Source: Candidatus Omnitrophota bacterium
GTDB lineage: Bacteria > Omnitrophota > Gorgyraeia > VGKN01
Length of the DNA: 64,000 nucleotides
Assembly (NCBI GenBank): GCA_020052955.1
Contig: JAGVOB010000004.1
Coordinates: 12,522-76,521 of the forward strand
Direction of reading: 5' to 3'
Program-made: the position numbers and the translations under genes
Part shown: positions 13,301 through 28,300 of the stretch, piece by piece
Layout of the letters: every line of letters starts with the position of its first letter
Position numbering within the stretch: the stretch's first letter is position 1
Notes under the pieces: model-generated
Told to the model about the DNA's origin: nothing
The model's input: only the letters and a program-made list of their open reading frames with translations
Database searches by the model: none

Positions 13301-16300
13301 AGCCGCAACGGTAATTGAAGAAGTATTAAGAGCCCCCACGCCTCCGGGCGCCCCGCAGAAAGACCCGAATAATGAGAAATTCCTCAAATGGCTTGCAGAG
13401 CAGTTAAAGAACTGGGCAGCCCATCCGGAAAGGGGACTTCCGCCTATAGGGGGTGGCCTTATACAGAAACTGGCAAGCCAGAATGAGCAGGCAAGAAAAC
13501 TGCTTGAGGATATTGTGTCCGGAAAGGTAAGGATAATAGTTGATATTAGTTCTGGCGCATCAGTTGAGAAGGCGGGCTTACATCTTAGGTCTATGGCTGA
13601 ATATGCCTTAAGAAATGGTGGTATAGTTGATGGCCAGCGTGTCATATTCTTAGGGATTGAGCCAAAGACAGGCCTGTTTGACGCAGCAGTAAGGCAATTG
13701 GCTAATACTGATAATGTAATCTTAATTCAGAGCGGGCTTGGCAAGCTTCCGCAGGAATTTAAAGGAATAGTATTACCTGACCTTAAATTCTGGAGAGTAA
13801 TTGTTACTGCGCCTGAGCCTGATATGCTGGCAAAGGATTTTGGATTACTTACAGACGCAGCAAGATTAGCGCAGGACAAGGTAATAGTAGTTACCGAATT
13901 TATGCCCACGATGAAAGCGCCTGTGCCAGGAGGGCTTGAAAGCACTCCTTGGTTAGATGCCCTTAAACAGACTTTATCAGCCTGGCAGTATAATCCTGTC
14001 AGAGTAACATCGGATAAAGTGCCTGCATTTATAAATTCAGATACATTTAGATGGTTACAGTTAGGCAAGAGCCAGGTTGAGGGGCTTCGCTGGGGAGGAG
14101 ATTACTGGTATCATGAATTTATGAGAAATGGCGCACCTTCAATTATAATCCTGCCATTTATTCTTGAGAGCCTCAAGGAACAGCCGGTTGTTCCAGCCAC
14201 TCCATCTATTCCTACCCCTGTTTCAGGCATGCCTGGCATATTATCGGGCGTAGGTATGGCATTATCCTTTGCATTATTGGGCGGGGTAATGAGCGTTGTA
14301 TTTATAAAATCTCCGAGGCGTGCAAGAAAGTTTATTATAGCCTTAGCAGGTGCGTTTACGTTAGCTATGCTCTCAGGCGCTCTGATGCCTACCTATGCGG
14401 CAGAAAGACAATTGGGCTTAGGCGTAGTTACTTATAAAGAGAGCGGCCTTGGAGACTATGTTAACAGGTTAAATGCAGATATAGGGGTAAAGGCATTAGA
14501 CCAGGTTGAGATTTTACCCAATACCCTATTTTCTTTTGACTCTTACGTTCAAGGATACATATCTGAGGGCCATCCCCTTAAGGGCGATAAAGAGAAATTT
14601 GGCGCAGGGCTTTGCGATGTAGCAACAGCCCTCAGGCGTTCAATAGAAAACAGTTATGGGCCTCCTGTTATCGTAGAACTTGGAGAAGATGATGTTAGTT
14701 CAGTTGCCTCCATTGAATTCCCTCAAAGGCTGGCTAATGCGACTGTAATCGGTTTTAAACTACCGCGATACGCGGCGATAAATCAGGAACAGGCAAATGC
14801 ATTACTGAGCAGGGTATTAGAAACTTATCCAAATGTAAAGATTGCGTATATATATACCTCTCACGGTGAGGAATTTTATAACGGAGAGGGCGCTTCCGTA
14901 TTTTTCTATGAGAATTTAACAGCGAGTTCACCGCGCCAGGATATCTGGCTCTTAACACAAGAGCCATACCTGATTGATACTAATAGCCCGGATGATACCT
15001 TGCAGGAATTAAACATAAGTTTAATTTCTAAGGCAGCGACAACAACCGAAGACGCGCTTGCCGAGGAAGAGCAATTCACCTTATCAACCCTCCTATCTTA
15101 TCTGACCACCTCGGAGATTAGAGCCCAGGGAGCAGGCGATATAATAACAGCAATTTTAGCCATAATCATTATGGCTGTGTTAGGCAGGGGAAGAATTCCT
15201 AAATTTATTAACGCAATACCCGCACCTTCCGGCAGAGGACGGTTTAATTTACGCTTACCTTCATTGCTAAGGGTTATTGTTTTAGCAGGTTTTGCTCTGG
15301 CATTAGCCGCCTGCGCAACTGCGACGCCACAGCCAACCCCGACACCAATAAGCCAGGCGGATATACCGTCCTATACCGAACGCGTACTTTCCCAGATTGA
15401 TGAGGGAAAATATCCTTTACTGCGGGCAGAGCTTAAGAGAGTAGGCGTAATCAATAACCAGATAGAATATCCGGTAATGGTTGAATATGGCTTAAGCGCT
15501 GACGGCAAAACAGCCACTATTAAGAGCGTTACGATAAATCCCGAGCTTTTCCTTAATATGCCGGCAAATATAAGGGAAAGCTATCTTCTGCACGAGGAAG
15601 AACATTTAAGCCCCGCGAGCCTTGATTTGGCTCGGGCTATTCAAATATTGAATAAACATTTCTTCGGCGGCATAGATTTATCCAAATCAGAAAAGGAAAT
15701 AATGGAGGAATTAAACCGAAGAATCGTAAACGACCCCAAAGAAAGAGAATTATTCAAGCATTACGTTGCCCTGCGCGTCCAATATGAATATCTAGGCAAC
15801 AGGAAGCAGTTTGATTACATACTTAATAATCGGATAGATATAAATAATCTGATAAGCAAAGAACAAAACCCCGGCGTTAAAGCGGTCTTGGGCAATATAA
15901 ATGAATTTATGCAGGTAGCCCAAATTGACAAGCCGCAAGCTCAGATAAACGAGAGAATCTTTAAAATAGCGATACTCAGAAACCCAATATGGAATGACCC
16001 ACGGCTAATTTATGATTTTACCCTGGCTATTGAGCAGATAGAGCATCCCGAGCTTAAGTTAGTACAATCCGGCGGCAGATGGCAGATGAGCCCGGCTTAT
16101 ATAGGCACTGACGGACTTCCCACTCTGCCGATATGGGATTATCTCACCATACCTGATTATTATTCGCCCGATATCATAAATACTCTCCAGCAGTCTGCAG
16201 TTGGCGTGCCCCACCTTGCAAGGCCCGTTTCGCCCGCTCTGACACAGCCCCTGACTGCAGGCCAGACAGGCATATGGGCAGTTATTATAGGTATATTATT

Positions 16301-19300
16301 TAGTATCTTATTTATAAACAATCCTATTACAAGAAGATTCAAATTAACTTGGTTAAAGCGCATTGCTATTTTAGGAGGTCTTCTCATTCTATTGACCGCC
16401 TGCTCAAGGCCACAGGCTTTACCAACTGCAACACCTACTATGACACAAACCGCAACCTATACCCAGACGTCCACAGCCACGTATACTTCAACGCCGACAC
16501 AAACATTCACACCGACATCAACTTCTACACCGACAGAAACGCCGACATCTACGCCGACCGAGACGCCGACCCAAACGCCAACTTTGACGCCTACAGCAAC
16601 ACCTTTACCTCTCCAGAATTTTTTAGCTGGTGGAACTAACATTGGAAGCTGGTTGATATTTTTCATAGGATTTGGCGTATTATCATTTGGCGTTATAGTC
16701 CTATTACATAAAACAATTAACCTCAATAGCATTGGGCTTACATTAGGAGGTTTAATAGTTGTAGCGCTTGGAGCTGTTGGTTTGTATTACAGCTCTCAAG
16801 TACAAAATTTCGCTAAGCCGGCAACTGCTATCCAAAAGGCAATAGACTCTACAACGCTTTTTCTTGTCAGGGCAGGCGTCTTTTTAACAGGAATAGAAAT
16901 AATGTATTTATCAGCTCTGGTTATCTCTTTCATCTTAAGTAAGATTAAAATATTAGGACCATTCGCGAAGGTTTTCAGCTTGATAGGTAAGATATTGAAA
17001 ATACCGCTAAAAGAACTGTTAAAAAAACCGGTACTAGGACTAATAACTCTCGCGATAATTATTCTCCCATTTCTTATGCGCCTTATTCCTTTGCCAACCT
17101 CTTATGCTATTCAGCAAGGAGACTTTCAACTGATAGAAACATTACTTTATCTCAGGCATCCGATAACAGTAACTGACAAAGATGCACTTATACAAATAAT
17201 AGGCAAATTATATGATGAGGGCAACGGCATCACGCGATTTTATGTTGCAGACCCTTCAACAGGAGATTTAAAAAGCGTTGACGCGTACTATCTGCTGGCA
17301 TATCCCGAATCAATTAATTTTACTCTAACCCGTGAAAAGGACAAGGACGGCTATTACATAAAGATACAGGAAAATAAGATACAAGAAATTACTCCTACTC
17401 CTCAAGGTTCTATCCCGGGTGCACCACACCTTGCAAGACCCACTATGCCAGAGAGCCAGGTTGCTGTCTCGGGGGTGAATACCCTGTCCACATTTATTAT
17501 AGGTATATTATCCCTTATCTTATTCACAAACAATCCTATTACAAGAAGATTCAAATTAACTTGGTTAAAGCGCATTGCTATTTTAGGAGGCATTCTCATT
17601 CTGTTGACCGCCTGTGCAACTGTGACTCCAGTGCCTCAGGAGGCGACAATACAGCCCGGAAGCCTTGAAGAACTGCAAGTGAGAATAATAGAAAACAGGC
17701 TGATTAATGAACTCTTATTCAATTATGAAAACCAGGAGGCAATAATACAGGTATCCCGGGAATATGAAGTTGACCCGCGATTGTTAACCTCTGTTGTTAT
17801 GATGGAGATTGCAAGCCGCGATCCAAGTGAAGATTTATGGGATAATTTAAAAGATGAAGCCAGGGAAATATTAAACAGAGACCTTGAGGCTACCTCTTTC
17901 GGTATAGGACAGATACGAATTGACACAGCGCGCGATATGCTCGGCTACCTAAAGGCAGAGAACAAGCTCGGCGATTTGGAACTCGGCTACCTGATACAGG
18001 AATCATTTTCGGATGAGAATATAGAGAAAATCCTTGAAAACGACCATGACAATATCTACATAGCAGGAAGGTATGTAAGATGGATTATAGATACATTAGA
18101 AGGCGCGGGCATAGAGGCAGATATTTACACCGTAGGATTCGGCTATAATGGTATCGGTCGGATAACAAACTTTGATGAATTTGAGCCGGAAGTGCAGCAG
18201 GCGATAAGTGACTACAGGGCCGAACACACAGAAATATTCAAGCTGGTATATAATGCCACATACTACGAGTCATTGCTGAAGATTAACTATCTGCCTTCAT
18301 GGTCGTCATATCTTCTGGGAGCGCCTTCTAGCGCAGGAGAATTTATCAATGGTTTCTATGATGCCGATTCAGTCGGTTTTAAGAGCTACTGGGCGGTTTA
18401 TGACGGCGTATATACAAAACCGCATAACATCCTTCCTGAATTTAGCGGTTTATACAATGCCTCCGTATTCGGCGAGGTGCGCTCAGGAGCCATTAACCTT
18501 CCTGACGGCAGGGTTCTTCAGATGTACGAAAACAGCATCCTTGAGCTTACCTCCAATGGCATAGTCAAGCAGTATCCGTATGCGGCGTATATTTTGCAGG
18601 GGATGCGCTCGGGATTCGACCAGGATTTCATAAATCATCTATCGGCATCGCCCAATGTGCCGGGGAAATTCTCTAATTTTATAGCCTCAAATAATATCGG
18701 GGCACAGCTGGGCTCGCTTCTTACTGACGCATTTGACATGAAAAACTTCCCAATTGACGGCGGTGAAAAATCCGTCAGGATACAATTCTTTGAAGGAGGC
18801 GTGCTCATAGCGGAGAAAAATTTGCTTGGAATTCCCGGGGACGTAAGGCTTGCCACGGTAGATTCGGTAGTCAGATATCTTGAGTCAGTGCACTCCTACG
18901 CATATGATATGCCGCCTTACGATCCTCTCTTAAAACCGCAGCCGGCTCCAACATCAACCCCGCTTCCAACGCCTGAGCTTGGGTCGTATATTGTGCTTTA
19001 TTCGGTTGGCCAGACAATAGAGGTGACTACAAAGCAAGCCATCATTGATGTTATTATGGCCACTAACCAGCGGAGGATAGCTCATCAAGAAGAGTCCATT
19101 CAGTATTTCTATCCCGAGACCCAGTGGACAGGCGAACCCTATGCCCATTATCTCGGGGATGTAACCAGAGAGAGCCTTGTCGAGCTTCTTAAGGATTTCC
19201 CTGACTCGGGATTTATTATGCGCCTTACACTCCAGCAGGGTGACGTCGCCCCGTTTATCAGGATAACCGAGATTGAAACAACAGGTGCTGTTTCGCCCGC

Positions 19301-22300
19301 AAAACAATTCAGCCTGCTTGATTATTTATCAGTAGGCACTGCACAGGCAAGAACGCCTGGTGTCCTACCTACCCTAACATCTACATTTGACTGGCTGGGC
19401 TTGGGATTATTGGGATTATCGTTAGCCCTTGCATTCGGCATAGTAAGACTTGCCCACCTACGCGGTGGGACAGGGCGGCTTAGTCGAAATATTTTATTGT
19501 GGGCGGGAGTTGCTTTGGTAGTTAGTATTGCCTTAGCCAGCGGTATCTTTTGGTATTTTACACAGGATATGTCCTTTAAAGATTGGACAGCGGGCACGGC
19601 TTACTTTCACGAGCAACAAACTAAACTTATAGAGCCTATAATTAATACAGAAGATGTTCCGTTAAGAGACACTGGTTTCAATTTTCAAGAACTTGATTTG
19701 ATATGGCATCGGTCAATAGATAGTTTAATCTTAGATCCTAATAGACCCGAGGAGTCCAATCTTTCGATGCGGAAGCTTAATTTTATCCTGTATGAGAGGT
19801 TTTCCATAGGTTACTACCCAAGTTGGTGGCAAATCTATGAAATTCGCAGGAATTTTGTTGCGCAGAATTTTGATGAAATTATAGCTCTCATTGAAAAACT
19901 TAATCCATCCGATTATTCAGATTTTGCAACTCAGTGGCAAGCAGTACGCTTGAGAAATACCCTGATACGGCTTGTTTGCGATGGAATAGTAAGAGGATTT
20001 CCATCAATTGATTACAATAAATTGGACATAGTAAAACCAATTTTGCTTAATGATGAATTAATTGTTAAATTTGGTTGGAATTATGCGGGAAGCAATTTAA
20101 TGGATTTATTTTTAGATAAGAAAAATGACCTACCTCCTCTGATTCCCCCTGTCATTAATGAAGCACAAGCAGAGAGAACTCTTGATTTATTTACTAAATT
20201 ACTCGAGTCTTATAATAACACCGATTATAGCACGCTAAGCGAAAGTGATTCTAATCTGCTCTATTTCTATGAACGCAACGAGGTAACAGGTATTGCTATG
20301 CAGGAACCACTTAAATTTGAAGCATGGAGAGAATTAGCACAGTCTCTGAAGTACCTTTCTGATTATGCTCCTACTCAGCGTATCCGTGAACGCGCAAACA
20401 ACTTACTTTCTCGTATTCCGTTAGAAATTGTTAATGACCCTCGCATTGAAATAGCAAATAGGGAATATGGAGATGGGACGCACTATCTTACGCGTGAATC
20501 ATATCAAACTGCGGTAACTTACTATGAAAACCAGATGGGTTTGAAGGGAATACGTCAAATCCCGATTTGGGATGTTAACGCGGTAGCCTATGTTAGAAGA
20601 GAAGTAACACCTAAGATGTTAGAATATTTTGCTGAAAGCTCTCAAGCCCACGATGTGCCTGTAGATTTTCCCATAATTATGTGGTTACGAGATGATATGT
20701 TCCAAGCTAGAATGCCGCTATATACAATTGGAACTGGATTAGCTCACATTAAGACATTTTTTAATTATGATGGTGTTGGCGGTCGTATCGCAGATACTCT
20801 ACTTAGAGTACTTCCGGATTGGTTTTTGAATAAAGCTCTAGAGGATAGACCTGCAAAAGCTATTTTAGGGCTTATCTTTAATTCAGCTGGTTCGTTGACA
20901 ATGCAGGTGCGCGTAGATAGACCACAGAATACTGATGATTTAGGTATACGCTCAGATGGTTTATGGGAGCGTTTGGTTAAAAAGGGTTATGTAAGTGACC
21001 CCGCAACCCTTTCTAACAGAGAAGTTACATGGCTTTTGTTAACTGATCAGCGGCTTGCGATTGAAGCGGGAACAGCGATGTTATCAAGAAAATTCCAAGA
21101 CCCAAAAACTGGAGATTCCTTTAGACAAGATTATTATAATTATCAACGCTTGTTACCGGAAGGTTTTGACCGTCGAAGTCTTATAAGAGGGTGGTTTGCC
21201 CCAAATTTTTATAGTATATTTGGACCTAATCTGGGATTTGAACTTTATGGTGGTTATCTTACAAATGGCATTGCTATAGGAGAAGACTACTTTTTCGACC
21301 TTTACCTCGTCCTGTTAGAATCTGGTGTCTTGGATTCACTCTATGGCGAACCTGTCCCTGCGATTATAGTGGGAATCTCAAAGTTAGAAGAGTTAAAACA
21401 GGTGGGCAGATGGGCTAATGGTAGAGATGCAGGGAAGGACCCATATATCCAAGAGGCAGCACTGCGCACTCTTAGGGAAATAGCTCAAGATACAGAACAT
21501 CCAGAGATGGCTATTGAGGCTCAGAGGATACTCGGCATACTTGAACAAAAGAGCGCCCTCGCAGGCATAAAGACACAAGGCGTAAGCAATATCTGGCAGG
21601 GTTTGGCTATGGTATTGAGTTTTGGTTTAATTGGAGGGGTGTTTGGAGGAGTCTTTACGCCCATAAAAAGATTAAGAGACAGGTTGCAGGGAAGGGTTAA
21701 GTCAAGGACACTCGCCAATATATTAACAGGAGTTGTATTGGTTCTCGGGCTAGGCCTGATAATCGGATCCGGTTATGGAATAGCTTTATTGATTAACTAT
21801 CTTACACCATTTAATGTCCAGACACAATATCTCACAATTACCGATGCCTCTTATAAAACTACAGACCAATCGCGTATCGGCGAGGTGCTTGGCTTTTCTA
21901 ACGATATGCCTGTAATCTCGCCTATCCAAGGGCTAGACGTAAATGTTGACCTAAAAAGCAGTGTAATAGACGCCAACATATTAAACTTTACTATCAGCCC
22001 AAGAGAGGGCGAGACCTTAGAAGGTATAGAGGGCTTTGTAATTATAGTTATAAAGGATAACAGAGGCAACGAATGGCATAAGCCAGTAGTTATTCAACCC
22101 AATCAGAGCGAGTACTCAGTAGTTATACCCCCAGATAACAACATAGAATCCATAACATTTAGTTCTCATATATTGGATGATAAAAGGGTAAACATATCCA
22201 ATATAGCGCTTACCAATGGCATGAATGTGCCGGTAATCATGAGCAATGGAACCATTAAAGCAGTGCCCGCCCACATAGACTCAGCCAAGCATAACCTCAT

Positions 22301-25300
22301 AGTTAATAGCGATAATGAAATTATATTCACAGGCGATGATATCCTTACCCTGACATTCGATAAGCCAATTAAGGGAAATACGATGCAGTTTATAGCAAGT
22401 ACGAGGGAAGAAGAAAGCGCTATAAGCGTTGAATTGACATATGGTGAGTGGGGAGAAGTCAAATCATTCTTCATCTCCGGCGAGCCCACCATTTACACAC
22501 TTAATATTGATCCCACAAGAAAGCTTACGCAGGTAAGGATTTACGGTATGCAGGGCACAAGACTGAATTTTATACCCTCTGTGCCAACAGCTGTGCCTAC
22601 GCTACCCCCGCCCTCAGAAATTCCATCTTCCCCAACCGCCGCTATAATACCGTCCGGAACGCCAACTCCTGATTATATGTTTGCAAGGGATTATACGTGG
22701 GATGAGTTATTGAACGACCCAGAAAGGCTTGATGAGTTTGTCAATGAGGTTTTACGCTGGGAGTCAAGATTTCATCAGCCGGGCGTTGGCTACAATGCCC
22801 AAAGCGGTATTACCTATGATGGATATGCGATTAATTATACTACTGGAGAACTATTAGGCACGCCGCGCAATTGGACCGCAGCATCCAAGGAATCATTGCA
22901 GGTCACTATTTTAGCTTTAGCCATCGCCGGGAATGAAAGGGCGCAGTTCTTCCTCTCTCCCGATGATCCCTCCAAGGCAAGAGCTATTGCTATTGACATT
23001 CTTACAAGAAAGATAGCAAGTTATGAGAAATTTAACAAAGAATATCCCGGCTTCGGTGGATTCATACCGTGGGTCATAGTAAGCGATGAAGGCATAAAAC
23101 CAACAAGTGATTGGCAGGACCGCGTGCCAGGCCTTGATAATGGCCAACTTGCATGGTCATTAGTGCTTGCCGATTATGCTTTAGAGAAGCAGGGCTATAG
23201 GGAATTAGCGCAGCATTACCGCGACTACTGGCAGATGCTTGCCAAGAATTCTGTGCCGATGTTCTATGATGTCCAGACAGGAAAAGTGAGAGCCGAAGTA
23301 AAGATTGGTGATACAAAAGGCGAGGTTGTATCCTTAAACTACTCCAATAATGCCCCCGGATATTTCTTGGATGACCCCTACGAGGGTGAGCTCATGGTGA
23401 TGTTTACGAGCCTTTTTGGAGAGTGGGATGATCCTCTTGCAGTAGAGCGCATCTGGGAAGATAAACATATGGAAAGCGATGCGTTCCGCACAGCAGACGG
23501 CCAGACTATTACAGTAAAACAAGGTTACTGGTTCTCATCACATGAGGAATGGGCATGGTTTGTCCTGCCATATCGCGATGACCAGTTGGCATGGCAGATT
23601 TTCTACAATGGACAGGTAGCCAGAACCTGGTATTCCTCAGATAATTCGATACCAGGGCTTCTTGCTTCAGTCAATCCGCCCGTGAGCCCGAGCGGGGAAT
23701 CATTAGATTATCTGCAGTATCTAAGCGCGATTGGAATTCCTAAAATAGGAAGTCAACCAGTACAATACGGAGATGTTATCGCTCCCTATGCAAGTTTCCC
23801 TGTGATTTTGGCAGAGCAATCAGTGGGTAGCGTGTGGCTTCAGACTATGCTCTCGGGATACGGGATGCAGGGGCCCTATGGTTCTACAGAAGCTATTACT
23901 ACAGATGGCCAATATATTGCACCATTGCTTACATGGGATGGGAAAAATACCACGGTTATTGCATTTCTTAGCCAATCCACTGATTTTATGCGTGATGCGC
24001 TAAAAGAACTGGGTGTATATGATGAGTTTCTAAATCGTATTAATACCGAATACACCGAGACATTTGGCAGCAACCTATCAGTGTTAATTCCGCCTGTTAG
24101 TTTTGCAACCCCATCCGTAAGGCTTCCGACAGAGGGTATCCCAGGCTTCGTACCAGTCGCTCCAGGAACAGTTGTAGATGTGTTTAAAGGCTCTGCCTTT
24201 AATGGTGATGGGGAGCTGTTGAAACAGTACAAGTTGGAAAATGGAGTGCTTACCCTGCCCGCGGTAGATGGTTATATATGGAATAGCATAAACCAAACAG
24301 ATGTAACTACCAATCACTATTTGAACTTTACCGTCAATACAACCGGCGGCAGCGTATTTATAGAAATAAAAAACACCGATGACGAACTTATGACCAATGA
24401 TAAGATATTTGTGGAATTTCCCGATACAGGCGGTGAGTTCAAGACATACTCTATTGATGTGGGCCCGCTTTTAACAAACGATAATACTACGTCTGGTATC
24501 TTTGTCTTCTCTAGCCCAAGCGGTTTAATCCAGTTGCAGCAGCCACTACCCTTTACAGATGCAGCCACAGGCGAAATGTTGACATTTGACGGCAGGCAGT
24601 TCGGTTTAGGCCTAACTCCTCAAGCCCCACTTGACACCACAAGAGTTAATTTAATCCAACGGATTAATTTTATTCCAGATGATCCTGATCCGAATATAGG
24701 CCTTAAATATGACCATGAGGAGACACTAAAACTGTATAAATCAGGCGGATGGATATGGGCATATATTCCCGAGCTTTTAATCCCTGACCTTAAGATGCAA
24801 TCTGTCCTTGAGTTAACCGTGACGACAAATGCTCCTGCGACTGTCTGGTTAGAGCTTAAAAATGAAAATGACGAATGGCTGGCAATGACCGAAAAGCATT
24901 TTGATATTCCAAAAATCAGAGTTGATATTCCAAATACGAACGGCGTACCACAGACCATCCCCATTTATTTAGACAAACTCTTAATTAGTGGCATAGATGA
25001 TTATAGGGTTAAGATAATGGCATTCTCAGACCCAACCGCAGATATAGAGATTGCCGAGATGGTATTTACAGAATCGTCCGCTGTATCTGCTGCAGTAACG
25101 CCCGCGTCCGTAACAGAAGGTTTAATATCCTCTTCCAAATTCGGCGCATTTGGGTACTTAACTAGAATAATACCCGGTTCACTTCTTTCAACCTTCTTAG
25201 GCTTAGGTACCCTGGTTGTTGGCGTGGTGTTAGGCGGGATTGAGTTAAACAAGAAGAGCCTGAAATATTTACTTCTTACTATGGTCTTAGTATTGGTACT

Positions 25301-28300
25301 CACTGCCTGTGCGCCTTCTTCAACCGCAACACCGGTTACGCCGACAGTTACATCTACCCCTGCACCAATACAACCTCCTGCTACGCTGCATCTTCCGACG
25401 CCTGCACCCGGTTCTTTTGGTTATGTATTTCAAGGCTATAGGGACGATAAATTATTTGAGGGGTATATGCTTACAGACGATGGTGTGCTTACTTTGCCGG
25501 GCGTTAATGGCAAGATATGGCATAGTATTCCTCAAACCAATGTAAGTGAGAATCATTTCCTGAACTTTACTGTAAAGACGCCTGATGGCAGCCACGGCGT
25601 GTATATAGAAATAAGAGACGCTGGTGGTAACCTTATAACCGGCGATAAGATATGGGTAGAATTCCCTGATACTTCTATAGAAGTATCAGGCGGTTTTGTT
25701 ACATATTCTATTAATCTAGAATCGCTTCTTACAGGCGACAATATGCAAGCCACTTCTTTTGGTTTCTTAAATCCGGATGGCATAATTCAATTAAAAGGAG
25801 AGCCCGCCTTTGGCGATACACCCACAGGTAAAATGCTTGTATATCACGAAGCGCTCTACGGCTTTAACTCAACGCCTATAACCGAAGCGCCTGTGGTCAA
25901 TCTTCTTTCAATATTTGAATTCATAGCGAGCGGTGTTGGGATATGGGCGTCTATTCCCGAGGGCGTTGAGATCGACCTTACAGCGCAGAATTACTTAGAA
26001 CTGACCGCAACAACAAATGACAGAAACACCACAGTCTGGTTAGAACTTGTGAATGAAAAGGGTGAATATCTGGCGACAAATGAGGAGGAACCCCAGGCCG
26101 GTATAGAAAGGATTAAAATCATCATTCCCAATACAGAGGGAGTCCCAAAAACTTTTTATTATGATTTAAGCGAGTGGCTAACAGCGGACTTGGCAGATTA
26201 TAAGGTGAATATAATCCGCATCTCAGATACGGTTACAGGCACAGAAGGCACAGAGATTACCGAATTTAAGTTTGTCTCGGAGCCTGCAGGGGAAGAAGTG
26301 TCTATTGAAATAGTGCCTAAGAAAAAGCCGGTGCCGCTACCTTATGAGTTTATAAACCTTAGTATTATTCCAAATTCTACTACCGGTACAAATTACTACA
26401 TCCAAAAATATGAGACTCCAGTAGCGGGTAATGATGTATATGTTTCTGGTGGTGGAGCCGGACTGAGTTATAACCTAGATGAAACAACAGGTTCATTTAT
26501 GGGCGGAGTGTTTAGCGTTAGGAATCCAGAAACATTTCAAAATTATGATTATCTTATGGTGGAGATCGGCGCTGATCATAATGGAGCCGCGCCTTTTATT
26601 GAAGTTAAACCTAATGATAAAGACACCTATTTTGTACGCGGTAACGTTTTGTATATACCAATGAGCGAGATAGGTGAATTGAAAACAATTACCCTTGGTG
26701 TGAGTTATTATTCAGTAGAAGGCGGAGGATCGGGAATTACATACGGCTCGGGCACTGTTGATTTCAGGATACGCGGAACCAATACACCACCCCCTATCCA
26801 GACCAGCCAGAGTTCTGCGCCCGGCTCAGCCCCCACCTCACAGCTACAACAGCAGCCGCCATACCTTGCCGGATTTTTGGCAACACCCGGCATGCTTGTA
26901 TTCCTAACCAGGATTAGAGACTGGCTAAGAAAGAATAAGAGGAGAGTGATATTAACGCTATCTATATTATCGCCTATTCTATTACTTGCAGGTGCTTATG
27001 CAGGAGCGCGTATCTATGGCAGTGGTTTCTCAATGGAGCATGCCATTCAACTACCAGCACCAATGCCAACGGTTGAGCAAGTCAATAATCAATGGCTGAT
27101 TAATGGCAGGGTTGCCTCTGATAAAACCCTTGAGGCAGTTGATATAAAGGCAATTGATACTGCTATTACAGAAGGCAAAGCCGACAGATTATTCTGGGAA
27201 GGAATATTCTCCAATTACCCAAAAGACGTCCCGGTATCTTATCTTATAACACCAGAGCGTATTAAAACTCTATATGAGACAAAGCAATTAGACCATCTCT
27301 TTAACGGCTTAAGGACACAGCCTGACTTACTCTACCGCTACCTCTCTGAAATCCCAGAAAATCAATTAACAGACTTTGCCAGATACTTTGCTACACTAAA
27401 ACCAGGCACAAGGCAACAGGTATTTGATATATTATACCATCGCCTAAGAAATGACCTTCTAATCTTAGAGAATTTAGGCACTATAAAACCCGGTTACACA
27501 GCTCTATTAAAACAGTCAAATCGTATAGAACTTTTATATGCCACAATGGTTCAGATGCTCAATAGGATAAGGCCTATTGTTGCAGATAGACTTATAAAAG
27601 AAGGGCTTACTGAGGATCAGATTCAGGAGGGTATTAAGGAAAGCCGTATAACAAGCATGCCATTTGAAGATATTATTGTGAATAAAAACTGGATTACAAA
27701 GGAGAAACTAGATGAAATCAGAACCACTACTTTACCAGACGGACCTGTAGCTCCTATGCCAGATATGGGGTTGACAATGAGTGAATCAGAAGTAAGCTTA
27801 TATAAAGTATTTTCTGATGTGATGCAGGAATATAGAAGTAGCGGTTATACAATTATATTGCCTGCTCCAAAAAATGTTAATGTTAACGAAATTAATGGAT
27901 TGATTGAATACTATACTACAAATAGGCCAAGAAGCGGTTATTTCTTGCAAGAAAACAAGTCTGGGTTGCTCTTAGAATGGGTTATGAAACAGACAAATCC
28001 TAACAATCCATTAAGTCATATGGTGAGCGATAGAGAACTCTTAAGAGAAGCTATGCGCTTACATATTGAACCAGACGGGTCAATAGATCTATTCAAGGTT
28101 GTAGCAACTATAGGACATTACTATAAAGCTATGGCGAGAAACCCAAGTCTTATACTTGGTGGTGCTGAGGCTCGTGGACTAGAAGATGGCGCTACATTCA
28201 TTGGCGTACGCCATCTACCCATACTTTTGATAGCAACACTTGATCCAAAAGTCAATTATACAGTTGACGAAAATGGACAGCCTGTTCTATTTTGGCGGCC

